Virus record (IMG/VR): IMGVR_UViG_3300043959_000228
DNA length: 64,000 nucleotides
Source: a virus
Taxonomy: Duplodnaviria; Caudoviricetes
Reading direction: 5' to 3' (one strand)
Below the pieces are notes generated by a model that saw nothing but the letters and a program-made list of their open reading frames with translations, was not told the origin of the DNA and ran no database searches. How positions within the stretch are numbered: position 1 is the first letter of the stretch; each line of letters starts with the position of its first letter. Below are positions 9,812 to 18,560 of this stretch, piece by piece. Both the position numbers and the translations under genes were made by a program.

Positions 9812-11248
9812 TTAAGCGTTCGTGTAAATCATAGCTGGTGCGTCACTCGGTAGTAATCCGTGCTTGTCGTGGATAAGTTCTGTCGCTGGTTCATCGTCAT
9901 GATGATCCTCGTCATCATCATTAACCAGCGTCCATACCAGAGTATGCACATCTAATGGTACAAGGCTCATAGGACAAGTGATGCCAGCCTGCTCTGATTG
10001 ATGCTTATCATCTGGGACAGGCTTACCGTTAGGACCAATAACTGTTTGTAGAACGCCATGATCATCCCTTTCCTTCTTGGCACCCCAACCCTGTCCGGAG
10101 AGATCCCATGTCACCTCTCCATTCACCGAACGGCCTAATCTGATGATATTCCAAGGCGTTTCATCAAGATCCTCAGGCAGTGAGGCAATACTTGGAAGAG
10201 GCGGCATAGCCTTCAACCACACTTGGAGCTTATTGAAATCCCAGCCATTCTTACTGACAATACGACCATTCTTATTCACATCTCTCTGAGCTATCCATTC
10301 GACGGTGTTACCACCAATGGACTGATTAAGGTGTTTGATGAATGCGGGTATGGATTCTTGCATGAAATTCGCGTCAAAGGTAATAACCATTGATGATGGA
10401 ATATCCCTGAAATTCGAGATACGAGGCTTGATGATATGTCCACGTTTATCCTTCGGATGAATAATACTCTCAGCCTCATCAACCTTGCCAATCTCATTTG
10501 CATATACGGTTGCGTCGGCCACGGCCTGAGATTCACCCTTAGCCTCCCATCCAGTGATATTAACCATGTCTTTAATTGTAGCGCCATCGGGGATTGATCC
10601 AAAGTACTTGCGATAGAGAATCTCAATCTTATCCCAAGTCGCCTTGTTCGCATCTAAACAGGCTTTTCCTTCACGCCGCATAATCGAGGCGATGATAGTC
10701 GTCATGATGATAGGAATCAGGAAACCGACATACACATGGATCATCGATATCAAAACACTCACGATACATGATGCTAACAATCCTATCTTATAGGTGGTAT
10801 TCCATGAAGGTATTTTCTTCCCTGGATCAACTGGAAGAGGATTCTTCTCCTTCAGATGAGGATTGCAATAATCTTCATTAAACGCATCAAATCGGTATTC
10901 CTTAATGACCTTATCGTCATCATCCTTAGCCGTGACCATGGCGGCATCATTCGGATCATCGACAATATTGCCCTTAGCGTCTACAGGATTACCGTTATCG
11001 TCCTCTTTAGGAACCATGACCTTCTTTTGAAGACCGATAAGACGATCGTCTTTAAGCGCCATTCCCCAACGACTGGTAAGATCCCTCTTATGGGTTGCCG
11101 TCGTCATGAGATCATCGTATTCTCGAGCATTGCCCTTACGAGCCTTGCTCTTAATCATCGCATCCTTCAGAGCCTCTATACCCCATAACACGATAAATGG
11201 GCTGAATGCCACAATGACGCCTATAATCACTGCGATCATGATATTCAC
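9812..11248 (-). CDS. membrane-anchored FtsK/TcpA (coupling protein)-like N-terminal portion lacking the ATPase core; possible split-intein N-fragment at the C-terminus
   Basis: TM segments; IRLGRSVNGEVTWDL...CPMSLV resembles the FtsK lead-in to Walker A; followed by PLDVHTLVWTL and an acidic tail. Confidence 0.5.
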   Translation of the reverse strand: MNIMIAVIIGVIVAFSPFIVLWGIEALKDAMIKSKARKGNAREYDDLMTTATHKRDLTSRWGMALKDDRLIGLQKKVMVPKEDDNGNPVDAKGNIVDDPNDAAMVTAKDDDDKVIKEYRFDAFNEDYCNPHLKEKNPLPVDPGKKIPSWNTTYKIGLLASCIVSVLISMIHVYVGFLIPIIMTTIIASIMRREGKACLDANKATWDKIEILYRKYFGSIPDGATIKDMVNITGWEAKGESQAVADATVYANEIGKVDEAESIIHPKDKRGHIIKPRISNFRDIPSSMVITFDANFMQESIPAFIKHLNQSIGGNTVEWIAQRDVNKNGRIVSKNGWDFNKLQVWLKAMPPLPSIASLPEDLDETPWNIIRLGRSVNGEVTWDLSGQGWGAKKERDDHGVLQTVIGPNGKPVPDDKHQSEQAGITCPMSLVPLDVHTLVWTLVNDDDEDHHDDEPATELIHDKHGLLPSDAPAMIYTNA

Positions 11249-11868
11249 GACGTACCTCCAATCATTGTCCGACGGACCATGGCTGTTGCCCGTCCAATAC
11301 CTATAGATGCGTGAACACGCATACGCAATCCACTCATTGATACCAACGGATCCTCATGATGACAATAAGCATACCTACTATCATACGAGGCGTCAACGTT
11401 ATCCCCTCGAAGCCAGACATATCCATCAGGTATGCGAATAGATGTGCGATCAGTGATCGTACATCCACCAGTATACGCGTTCTCACGCTGATCAAATCCA
11501 GTATGATCTGACGAGCAACCATGCCATGACGATATGACGCCATTCCCTTCAATACACAGAATATCACCAGGAACGGCTATAACTCGCTTCACTAGGTTCT
11601 CATCGTTCGCAATCTTACCAATTGACCATGACTTCGGCCTATCAATGACCACGACATCACCTCTCTGTATGCGGTCATTACGACCAATGAGTATGTCCCC
11701 GTCCTCATACGTATCATGCATTGATGAACCAGACACCGTCCAATACGAGTATGATGTGACTATGGCGTAGCCACATCCGACGACAACAATGATAGCCAGT
11801 ATGCATGCCACAGCTATGATTCGTGACGATAGTCGATACGATCGTTGATGGGCAGCATCCACTATCAA
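11245..11868 (-). CDS. lepB: signal peptidase I (S26 family)
   Basis: N-terminal TM; VSGSSMHDT catalytic Ser, LVKRVIAVPGD catalytic Lys, GDNVDASYDSR. Confidence 0.9.
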   Translation of the reverse strand: MIVDAAHQRSYRLSSRIIAVACILAIIVVVGCGYAIVTSYSYWTVSGSSMHDTYEDGDILIGRNDRIQRGDVVVIDRPKSWSIGKIANDENLVKRVIAVPGDILCIEGNGVISSWHGCSSDHTGFDQRENAYTGGCTITDRTSIRIPDGYVWLRGDNVDASYDSRYAYCHHEDPLVSMSGLRMRVHASIGIGRATAMVRRTMIGGTS

Positions 11869-13295
11869 TCACCGACTTGATTCAAGACATTGAAACCACT
11901 AGCGCTAAGCATCTCAATATTCGTCGTCTGCATGAAGCTATTCTCTCGAAGGTGATCACCAGGAACCGATTCTAGCATTAAGTCTAGTTGATCATGGAAG
12001 GTCCTGACCAATTTGATGTTGTTCATTGATTCATCATAGAACGAAGTCATCAATTTACAATACTCATTTAATTGATCCTTGGTATCAGCAGTGATAACTA
12101 GACGATACGTACCACTCAGCCAGGGATCCTTGTTCTTGGTTACTTGAGCTTGCATCTGACGACCCTGTTGGACCTCTTCGGTTAAAGCAATGCCGGGATC
12201 GCTGCCAGCCCCCATGGCGTTATCATAGGCGTCAATGGATTGGGCAATGCCCTTCTCGATGTCCTTCTTGATCTTCTTAGCTGGTACGAGGCTAACCCAT
12301 GCTTCCACGTCGAATGGTACGGCCACCTCGGAGAAAATACTCGCGTATATCCATGGAAGCCCATACGGTACGTTCATAGAGTCCTCGGGGAATTGTTTGA
12401 ACGTTAACGTGGTCCTATATCCCGTCATCAAATCGCCATTAATTGATTGCGTGACCTTGACACAGGTAGGATCACTGGTGTCAATGATGCCTCCAATGCT
12501 CTTCATGATGTCACCCCTTCCCCAGACATCATCGTTAATATCGAGGTATGGTGTAGGCATGGCTGGATGGAAGACCTTATTGGTTATCAGGGCAATGTCC
12601 TCAGTTGTTGCTCGGAAACCATTCAACGACGATGATTTCAATGTCGTGTAAATATCCTTCTCCTGAGCCTGCGCATGTCGCAACTCTGACTCTTTAACAG
12701 ATTTATCCACAAATTGCAATGCTTGATCTAAGTATCCTGTAGCGTATCTAAGAGCATCTTTAATGCCAGCATTGAAAGGATTGACCATATCGGTATCTAA
12801 TTCATGTCGCTTACCAAGAACCACACCAAGATACACTCTCTTCTCATAGAAGACGCCATTCTCTAATAACTCTACCTGTTCATTCAAGAACCGCTGAAAA
12901 CCAGATTTACGATGATAATTCTTCGTGACTTCGAGATAGTTGCTCTCCCACTCGTCAACGTTAATAGGCGTATTCGTCACTTTAAGTTTCATATCAAGAA
13001 CCCGCTCTTGATTCTTATTCAAACCAATAATAGCAGAATTTAATCGATTCACATAAGCGACTTTTTTCTCATTCGACAGGAAATCGTAGATCGTAGTGGG
13101 GATCTCATAAAACGCCGTGACCCTATCAGCTGAGAACACGATATTACCAATGACTGACTCTGTACAAAAATCAAGAGCCTTCTTAGGCTGCCTGATACTC
13201 TGACGATTCTTCGCTATGGCCGTAGCCTCGTCAGCTGTAGATGCACGATCATCAGTATCATCGGCATCATGACTCTTCTTGGTATTCCAGAACAT
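11865..13295 (-). CDS. VirB4/TcpF-like conjugal transfer protein, N-terminal domain only
   Basis: GNIVFS...AFYEIP..YDFLS start, YRLVITADTKDQL, DQLDLMLESVPGD; ends at VGD with no Walker A or B. Confidence 0.6.
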   Translation of the reverse strand: MFWNTKKSHDADDTDDRASTADEATAIAKNRQSIRQPKKALDFCTESVIGNIVFSADRVTAFYEIPTTIYDFLSNEKKVAYVNRLNSAIIGLNKNQERVLDMKLKVTNTPINVDEWESNYLEVTKNYHRKSGFQRFLNEQVELLENGVFYEKRVYLGVVLGKRHELDTDMVNPFNAGIKDALRYATGYLDQALQFVDKSVKESELRHAQAQEKDIYTTLKSSSLNGFRATTEDIALITNKVFHPAMPTPYLDINDDVWGRGDIMKSIGGIIDTSDPTCVKVTQSINGDLMTGYRTTLTFKQFPEDSMNVPYGLPWIYASIFSEVAVPFDVEAWVSLVPAKKIKKDIEKGIAQSIDAYDNAMGAGSDPGIALTEEVQQGRQMQAQVTKNKDPWLSGTYRLVITADTKDQLNEYCKLMTSFYDESMNNIKLVRTFHDQLDLMLESVPGDHLRENSFMQTTNIEMLSASGFNVLNQVGD

Positions 13296-13419
13296 AACAT
13301 TAAGATATGTCTACAAGCCATTCTTAGAGCATCGTCATCACGAAGGAATAAAACCCTGGATAATAGTGTTATGCATAATGCTACCACATACTGGTAAAGG
13401 ATATTCAAGGAGGCCTATT

Positions 13420-13917
13420 ATGGATAGCAAAAACACTAAGGATATAATCTCAAGGAACGCTCAATCTGACACAGCGTTAGACAATTATGCGACAAGAGCA
13501 TTCAGGGATATGAATCAATTCATGAAAAGATGGTATGACGAAGATATGGACGGATTCTTCACAGGACTATCCTTCCCATCATTTGCGTCGACAGTATCTA
13601 ATCCCTCATCGTCTACATATGACAATGAGGATGGAAGCAGAGACGTCGTCTACGAGATTCCACGAGTCACTAATGACGAGATTACCGTAACCAGTCCATC
13701 TGATGGTATAGTTACCGTATCCATCAAGGATAATCAGAAGGACGAACAGTACGAACGTCATACATCGTATAATAACACCTTCGCTGTAGACAAGAAGAGA
13801 TTCAACGTTGATGATATGACCGTCACTCATAAGAATGGAGTTCTAAGACTGCATATTCCGAGAAACGAACAGAAGGACGAGGATCAACAACCAAAGACCT
13901 TCAGGATCGAATCATAA
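13420..13917 (+). CDS. Hsp20/alpha-crystallin small heat-shock protein
   Basis: YEIPRVTNDEITV, HKNGVLRLHIPR, C-terminal FRIE; AGGAGG precedes ATG 13420. Confidence 0.85.
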   Translation: MDSKNTKDIISRNAQSDTALDNYATRAFRDMNQFMKRWYDEDMDGFFTGLSFPSFASTVSNPSSSTYDNEDGSRDVVYEIPRVTNDEITVTSPSDGIVTVSIKDNQKDEQYERHTSYNNTFAVDKKRFNVDDMTVTHKNGVLRLHIPRNEQKDEDQQPKTFRIES

Positions 13918-13934
13918 TCTGAGTAATTATCTCC

Positions 13935-13971
13935 ATAATGGCTGCCCAATATTAATTTGGGCAGCCATTAT
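13935..13971. terminator. 15-bp inverted repeat terminator
   Basis: ATAATGGCTGCCCAA-N7-TTGGGCAGCCATTAT after hsp20. Confidence 0.75.
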
Positions 13972-14432
13972 TATTTAGACGGCACGAATAAATAATGAAT
14001 CTAAGCCGCCATCCTCGGACGCAACCGCGCAGACCCATAATTACGCCAGTAAAGGGTCTGCATCCGTTAGACCGGCGGTTCTGTCCATCTGAAACGTCCT
14101 TGTACACCAATACAGCTATCCTATGAGGAAGTGCATCTACATCATATTGAAAAGGAGGACTTGGTGAGGGTATAGGTGCTATCCAGGGGGGGGGTGTAGG
14201 TCATAGAAAATTGGCGAATGGCCGAGCACTATGTGTAGTACGGGAGAAATGGAACCGCTAGATTGCAACGATAGATCGTGTCCATGAGGAAGCATATCCT
14301 AGGAATACGCTCTAGGGTTGACCCCTGAGGCTTCTTCCTTCAAACCCTTGGTACACTGATCTCCATCACGATCAAACGGTTAGATCTATCCTAGGCCCAG
14401 CCCAGCCACCACGACCATCAATTGGAGGACTC
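13972..14432. promoter_or_regulatory. candidate replication origin / rep control region
   Basis: Longest non-coding stretch, directly upstream of the replicase; hairpin GCAGACCC...GGGTCTGC, G9 tract 14186-14194, recurring TATCC(T)AGG-like and ATGAGGAAG words. Confidence 0.4.
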
Positions 14433-16682
14433 ATGCATCAAGCTACTAGTCAACAACGTGATTATCTTCTCCGACTAGTAGCTCAGCGTCTTAAAGCTCC
14501 ATCCAATGCACTGAATCTTGGCATTAGCTTGGATCATGACCTTCAGTGGTTTTCCTCTATTATTCCTTGTAACTTTCCTCATAAGACAGCGTCTACTCAT
14601 CAATTTAAGCGTGATTACGATGAACTTTGTGAGGGTCTTAGTCGTGGCCGATTTTTCGCATCTGATTGGTCTGATGTTGGATTGACCTCAGATGATGTTC
14701 AACGTGTGTATCGATTGTCCTCATCGAGTGTACGATCGTATATTGATGGTCAAGTCATGAAATCTCGATGGTCTATTCTCGCTCAGTATCAGGCTGACAC
14801 CTGGATGACGTCTAAAGTACAGCAATTATTGCTTAATATCACGTCCTCTACGGTGCATAGAATTCTGGGTAAATGGTTGTCATCATTAGGTATTGACCGA
14901 GTTATGGAGTCATATCATCAACCATCGACTGATTGGATTGCTTCATGGTCAGATCGTGATGGAGGATTACATCTTAGCCCTGTTGATCATCATCTTCAGC
15001 AATCACTTAGCCAACATGATCGTGCACAGCGTTGGTGTGGTCCTGTCGACTTACGAGCACTCCCTATGATGAGCAATTTTACTGACGAGCATGATCGTAG
15101 GGTTGATGGTCATCAATTAGATGATCATACCATAGTATCATCATCTCTGATTCGTTCGTCAGTGAAGAGTGTCGCTAATCGGAAGAACAGTGTGATTCAG
15201 CCATCTGACCGTCATGTTGATGTTCGTTGTTCGTCGTTCTGGTCATATTGGACTGCTGATACATCAAGGACATCGTATCCTGGTGTCCTCATTGATGTTG
15301 ATCGTGATGATGCTATGACGTCAGTGAATCAATTGATTCATGATGGTAAGATTCCTACGTATTCTTGGGCTATTGTCAATCATGTGAATGGTCACGCCCA
15401 ATTCTGCTGGCAGACACCAGCATGGTCTAAGCAGAACGCTGGTGTCATGAAGCTGTACTCGGCCGTGTATCATACGTTGTCCTTCATTATGGGCGGTGAT
15501 CGTTGCTTTGTTGGATCGAGGAGTCAGAATCCACTATGGTCTGGTCTTGGAAAACGATCATCTCATCGTGAGATGGTCATACCTACTGGTGTGTATCGAC
15601 TCTATGCTCTTGATGGTTTGAAGCAATGGTTCGTCCAGCATGAATCCTGGTGTCCTCGTGGTTCTATGCAACGCCATCATGATCGTTATGTCGTGTTTGA
15701 TGGTCGTTCGAAGGCTACAGCCGTGGCGAATGGTGATGCATCTCCAGTTCTCGATGATCATGGTATGGCTCCTGAGGAATTGAAGCGAATGTACGGATCT
15801 AAGGCTGATCATATCTTCAACGATACGTTGACTGCACTCGATCCTCGGCTTCTTGATGGCGTGATCATTCCTAAGGGATGGCGTAACGCGATTGTTTTCA
15901 GAGTAGCCACATGGCTGATCTGGCATAATAGGAGACCGGAGACGGTTACTGATTATGTGCATTTTCATGACGACGAGCATCTTTCCGCACGTGAGATTGC
16001 CTCCGTTTGTCGTAAGGTCACGAGATATTATCGTCGTAGATTTAATCCTAAGTATCGTTCAGCGTCAAATCATGCATTGTTAGATGTATGCAGAATCATG
16101 GGTCGTAAAGGTGGACTGAAGAGGTCGAAGGCTCAGATAGAGACATCTGATGTGAATCTTCAGCGTGGACGTGATCAGTCATCAGCCATGGCTTCTGATA
16201 GGGATGCCAGTATCTGGGTGGCCGTGTTAACTCGTGGTCAGGAGTCGCGGCGTTCGGTGTCTGTAAGGATGTTGGTCTCGTATTCTACTCTTCGTAGAGC
16301 TTTACAGAGGGTTCGTGGTGTGATTCTTGGTATGATCAAGCGTAAGCAAGTGGTATGTGATCATCCTATTCTCGACGCTAATGGTCAGGCTATCAGTGAG
16401 TTGAGTGATTGTTGGAGGACGCCATTGGTCATGAGAACCATGACCATCGGGTATCGTGGCGTTATGGACGCGATCATGCATCATGATGATGAGTTAGTAG
16501 CATCAAGACTGTCAGCATGGCATGACGATCTATGGATGAGCATGGCTCTCGGATCGAGGGCGCCTGCATCGTTCATGAGACGACTTGATCTTGCTGAGCG
16601 TCGTAATGATGGTCGTATTCCGAAGCTGAATCAACATGAACGTCAATTGTTATTCGATGTCCAGCCTGCATTGACCTCCTAA
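14433..16682 (+). CDS. repA: plasmid replication initiator, ColE2/pAL5000-type replicase (prim-pol) with PriCT-like and HTH-like regions
   Basis: VLIDVD, WAIVNHVNGHAQFCW, GGDRCFVG..SQNPL, GWRNAIVF...LSAREIASV, MGRKGG; GGAGG RBS. Confidence 0.75.
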   Translation: MHQATSQQRDYLLRLVAQRLKAPSNALNLGISLDHDLQWFSSIIPCNFPHKTASTHQFKRDYDELCEGLSRGRFFASDWSDVGLTSDDVQRVYRLSSSSVRSYIDGQVMKSRWSILAQYQADTWMTSKVQQLLLNITSSTVHRILGKWLSSLGIDRVMESYHQPSTDWIASWSDRDGGLHLSPVDHHLQQSLSQHDRAQRWCGPVDLRALPMMSNFTDEHDRRVDGHQLDDHTIVSSSLIRSSVKSVANRKNSVIQPSDRHVDVRCSSFWSYWTADTSRTSYPGVLIDVDRDDAMTSVNQLIHDGKIPTYSWAIVNHVNGHAQFCWQTPAWSKQNAGVMKLYSAVYHTLSFIMGGDRCFVGSRSQNPLWSGLGKRSSHREMVIPTGVYRLYALDGLKQWFVQHESWCPRGSMQRHHDRYVVFDGRSKATAVANGDASPVLDDHGMAPEELKRMYGSKADHIFNDTLTALDPRLLDGVIIPKGWRNAIVFRVATWLIWHNRRPETVTDYVHFHDDEHLSAREIASVCRKVTRYYRRRFNPKYRSASNHALLDVCRIMGRKGGLKRSKAQIETSDVNLQRGRDQSSAMASDRDASIWVAVLTRGQESRRSVSVRMLVSYSTLRRALQRVRGVILGMIKRKQVVCDHPILDANGQAISELSDCWRTPLVMRTMTIGYRGVMDAIMHHDDELVASRLSAWHDDLWMSMALGSRAPASFMRRLDLAERRNDGRIPKLNQHERQLLFDVQPALTS

Positions 16683-16708
16683 GCTTGATCGTAGCATATC
16701 TTCATTGC

Positions 16709-17581
16709 ATGTCAGATCCTCAGTTAGTAGTGCATCATCCAAAGGCTACGACCAATGAGCGTCATGATCGAGTGGTAAGTATTATCGTATCATTCATCAT
16801 GTTCCTAGTCATGGTCGTAGCCGCGTCAATTCCTGCTGTAATTATCAGCGTTATCTGGTTGATGAGTCAATCATCAGATCCATTGGTCACGTCAACATCT
16901 GCTGGTATGACGTTCAATCCCGATCTCTTGACGTTATCCACATTATGGACCATGGTGTTCACACCGGTCTTATCCTTGTTAGCCCTATGCCCGTCCCCTG
17001 TGCGCAGGGCAATATCATGGAATCATGGCTTAGGAACAAGCCTATCCATGCGAGTGTCTATGAGGACGTCATCTGAATGGATGGGATGGTTGAAGGCTAC
17101 TGGTATTGGTGTAATGGTTAGCGTCATCGTGTTCATGTTACTCCAAGTTATGGGATGGGCGGTTAAGCTTTGGCATCCAACAGTAGCTACGTCTAATGAT
17201 ATGACGCAGCAAATCGTATCAGCTATTAAGACTGGTCCATGGTATCAGGGACTGATTTTCATTGTTTGCTCTGGTGTGCTTGCGCCCATTGTAGAGGAGC
17301 TTGTATTCAGGGGAGTCATAGCTAGATCGTGGCTTCGATTAGCCACGTCCAATAGGGGGCGTTGGTTGGCCATTCTTGGATCAGGCTCGCTTTTCGCATC
17401 AGCTCATTTTCTATCAGCCGGGTTCAGCCTTGATCCAAGTGTCATTCTCACTATTCTAATTACCTGGCTATTAGGATCTGTTCTTGCATGGATGATGGAT
17501 CGTTATGATTCTATATGGCCTGGTGTCATTGCCCATGTCGTGTATAACACTGCCGGTTTGATGATTGCTATTCTAGTATGA
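16709..17581 (+). CDS. CPBP family (CAAX-like) intramembrane metalloprotease
   Basis: APIVEELVFRG, FASAH, HVVYN; multi-TM. Confidence 0.9.
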   Translation: MSDPQLVVHHPKATTNERHDRVVSIIVSFIMFLVMVVAASIPAVIISVIWLMSQSSDPLVTSTSAGMTFNPDLLTLSTLWTMVFTPVLSLLALCPSPVRRAISWNHGLGTSLSMRVSMRTSSEWMGWLKATGIGVMVSVIVFMLLQVMGWAVKLWHPTVATSNDMTQQIVSAIKTGPWYQGLIFIVCSGVLAPIVEELVFRGVIARSWLRLATSNRGRWLAILGSGSLFASAHFLSAGFSLDPSVILTILITWLLGSVLAWMMDRYDSIWPGVIAHVVYNTAGLMIAILV

Positions 17582-17601
17582 CGGTAAGAGGATAAAGACA
17601 T

Positions 17602-18528
17602 ATGTCACCATTACTGATGTTTACAGTTAAGGCCAAGCTAGCTATTCGATCAATGATTGAGAAGCTGCTGTCCTCTGATGAGGCAGATCGATGGGGTGTC
17701 ATCTTATCATCAGTTCTGCTTTGGCTTGTTTGTAATGTTGCTCTTCAGATGGGCATGGTCTTCATTGGTGGAGGATTATGGTGGATGATCGATGGTGTCC
17801 AGCCTCCAGTGTTCACTGGTGATGGTTCTGATCCTCGGGTAAAAGCCTTCCTCCTACTCATGGGTCCATTAGCTTCAGTGCTTGCGTATATTCCTGTACT
17901 TCTGATGATTCCTTTCATCAGAGTAAAAATGACGTCTTCTCCTATCATCAAGCATGATGATCATCGTAATCACCGGCGTTCATGGGTATCATGGGTGTTG
18001 GTGACCATCTTTACTATCATCGGGCTTTTTGGTGTCATGCAACTCATTGGAGGCCTCTTCAGATGGATGGGATGGTCGTCAAATCATGCTCATCAGGAGA
18101 CGACGACGTTCGTAACATTAATCATTGATTTGATGCATGGCCATGTGATATGGCCATTCTGGACGATAGTGACGATAGGCATTGTGGTCATCGTTGCACC
18201 TATTCTTGAGGAGTTATTGTTCCGGGTTATTATCACCGGTCAGTTACGTGATAGTGTCTTTACGAATCGATATGACGCGGATGGTCGTCCTTATCAATCA
18301 CAGTCATTAACCATGTTGATGTATGTGGTTGGTGGTCTTATTTTCGCATCGGTTCATCTTATAGGATCAAATGACAATATGTTGTTGACAATGGTGTCGA
18401 TGACCGTCTTCGGTACGGTCTTATCATGGCTTGATTACGATGTTTTCCGTTCTTTCAAGATTGGTTGTTTGATTCATTGTGGGTATAATATGCTGACTAT
18501 TGGCATTGGCGTCGCATTACTGATCTAA
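17602..18528 (+). CDS. CPBP family intramembrane metalloprotease (tandem paralogue)
   Basis: APILEELLFR, FASVH, HCGYN; multi-TM. Confidence 0.85.
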   Translation: MSPLLMFTVKAKLAIRSMIEKLLSSDEADRWGVILSSVLLWLVCNVALQMGMVFIGGGLWWMIDGVQPPVFTGDGSDPRVKAFLLLMGPLASVLAYIPVLLMIPFIRVKMTSSPIIKHDDHRNHRRSWVSWVLVTIFTIIGLFGVMQLIGGLFRWMGWSSNHAHQETTTFVTLIIDLMHGHVIWPFWTIVTIGIVVIVAPILEELLFRVIITGQLRDSVFTNRYDADGRPYQSQSLTMLMYVVGGLIFASVHLIGSNDNMLLTMVSMTVFGTVLSWLDYDVFRSFKIGCLIHCGYNMLTIGIGVALLI

Positions 18529-18560
18529 GGCGTTAGAGGCTGATTGGTACAATGCTTTCT

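Noticed and set aside
13279-13419. Longer N-terminus for Hsp20 as given in the ORF track, and HAIR/CIRCE operators
   Set aside because: The extension overlaps the divergent gene; AGGAGG supports ATG 13420; no operator consensus was seen.
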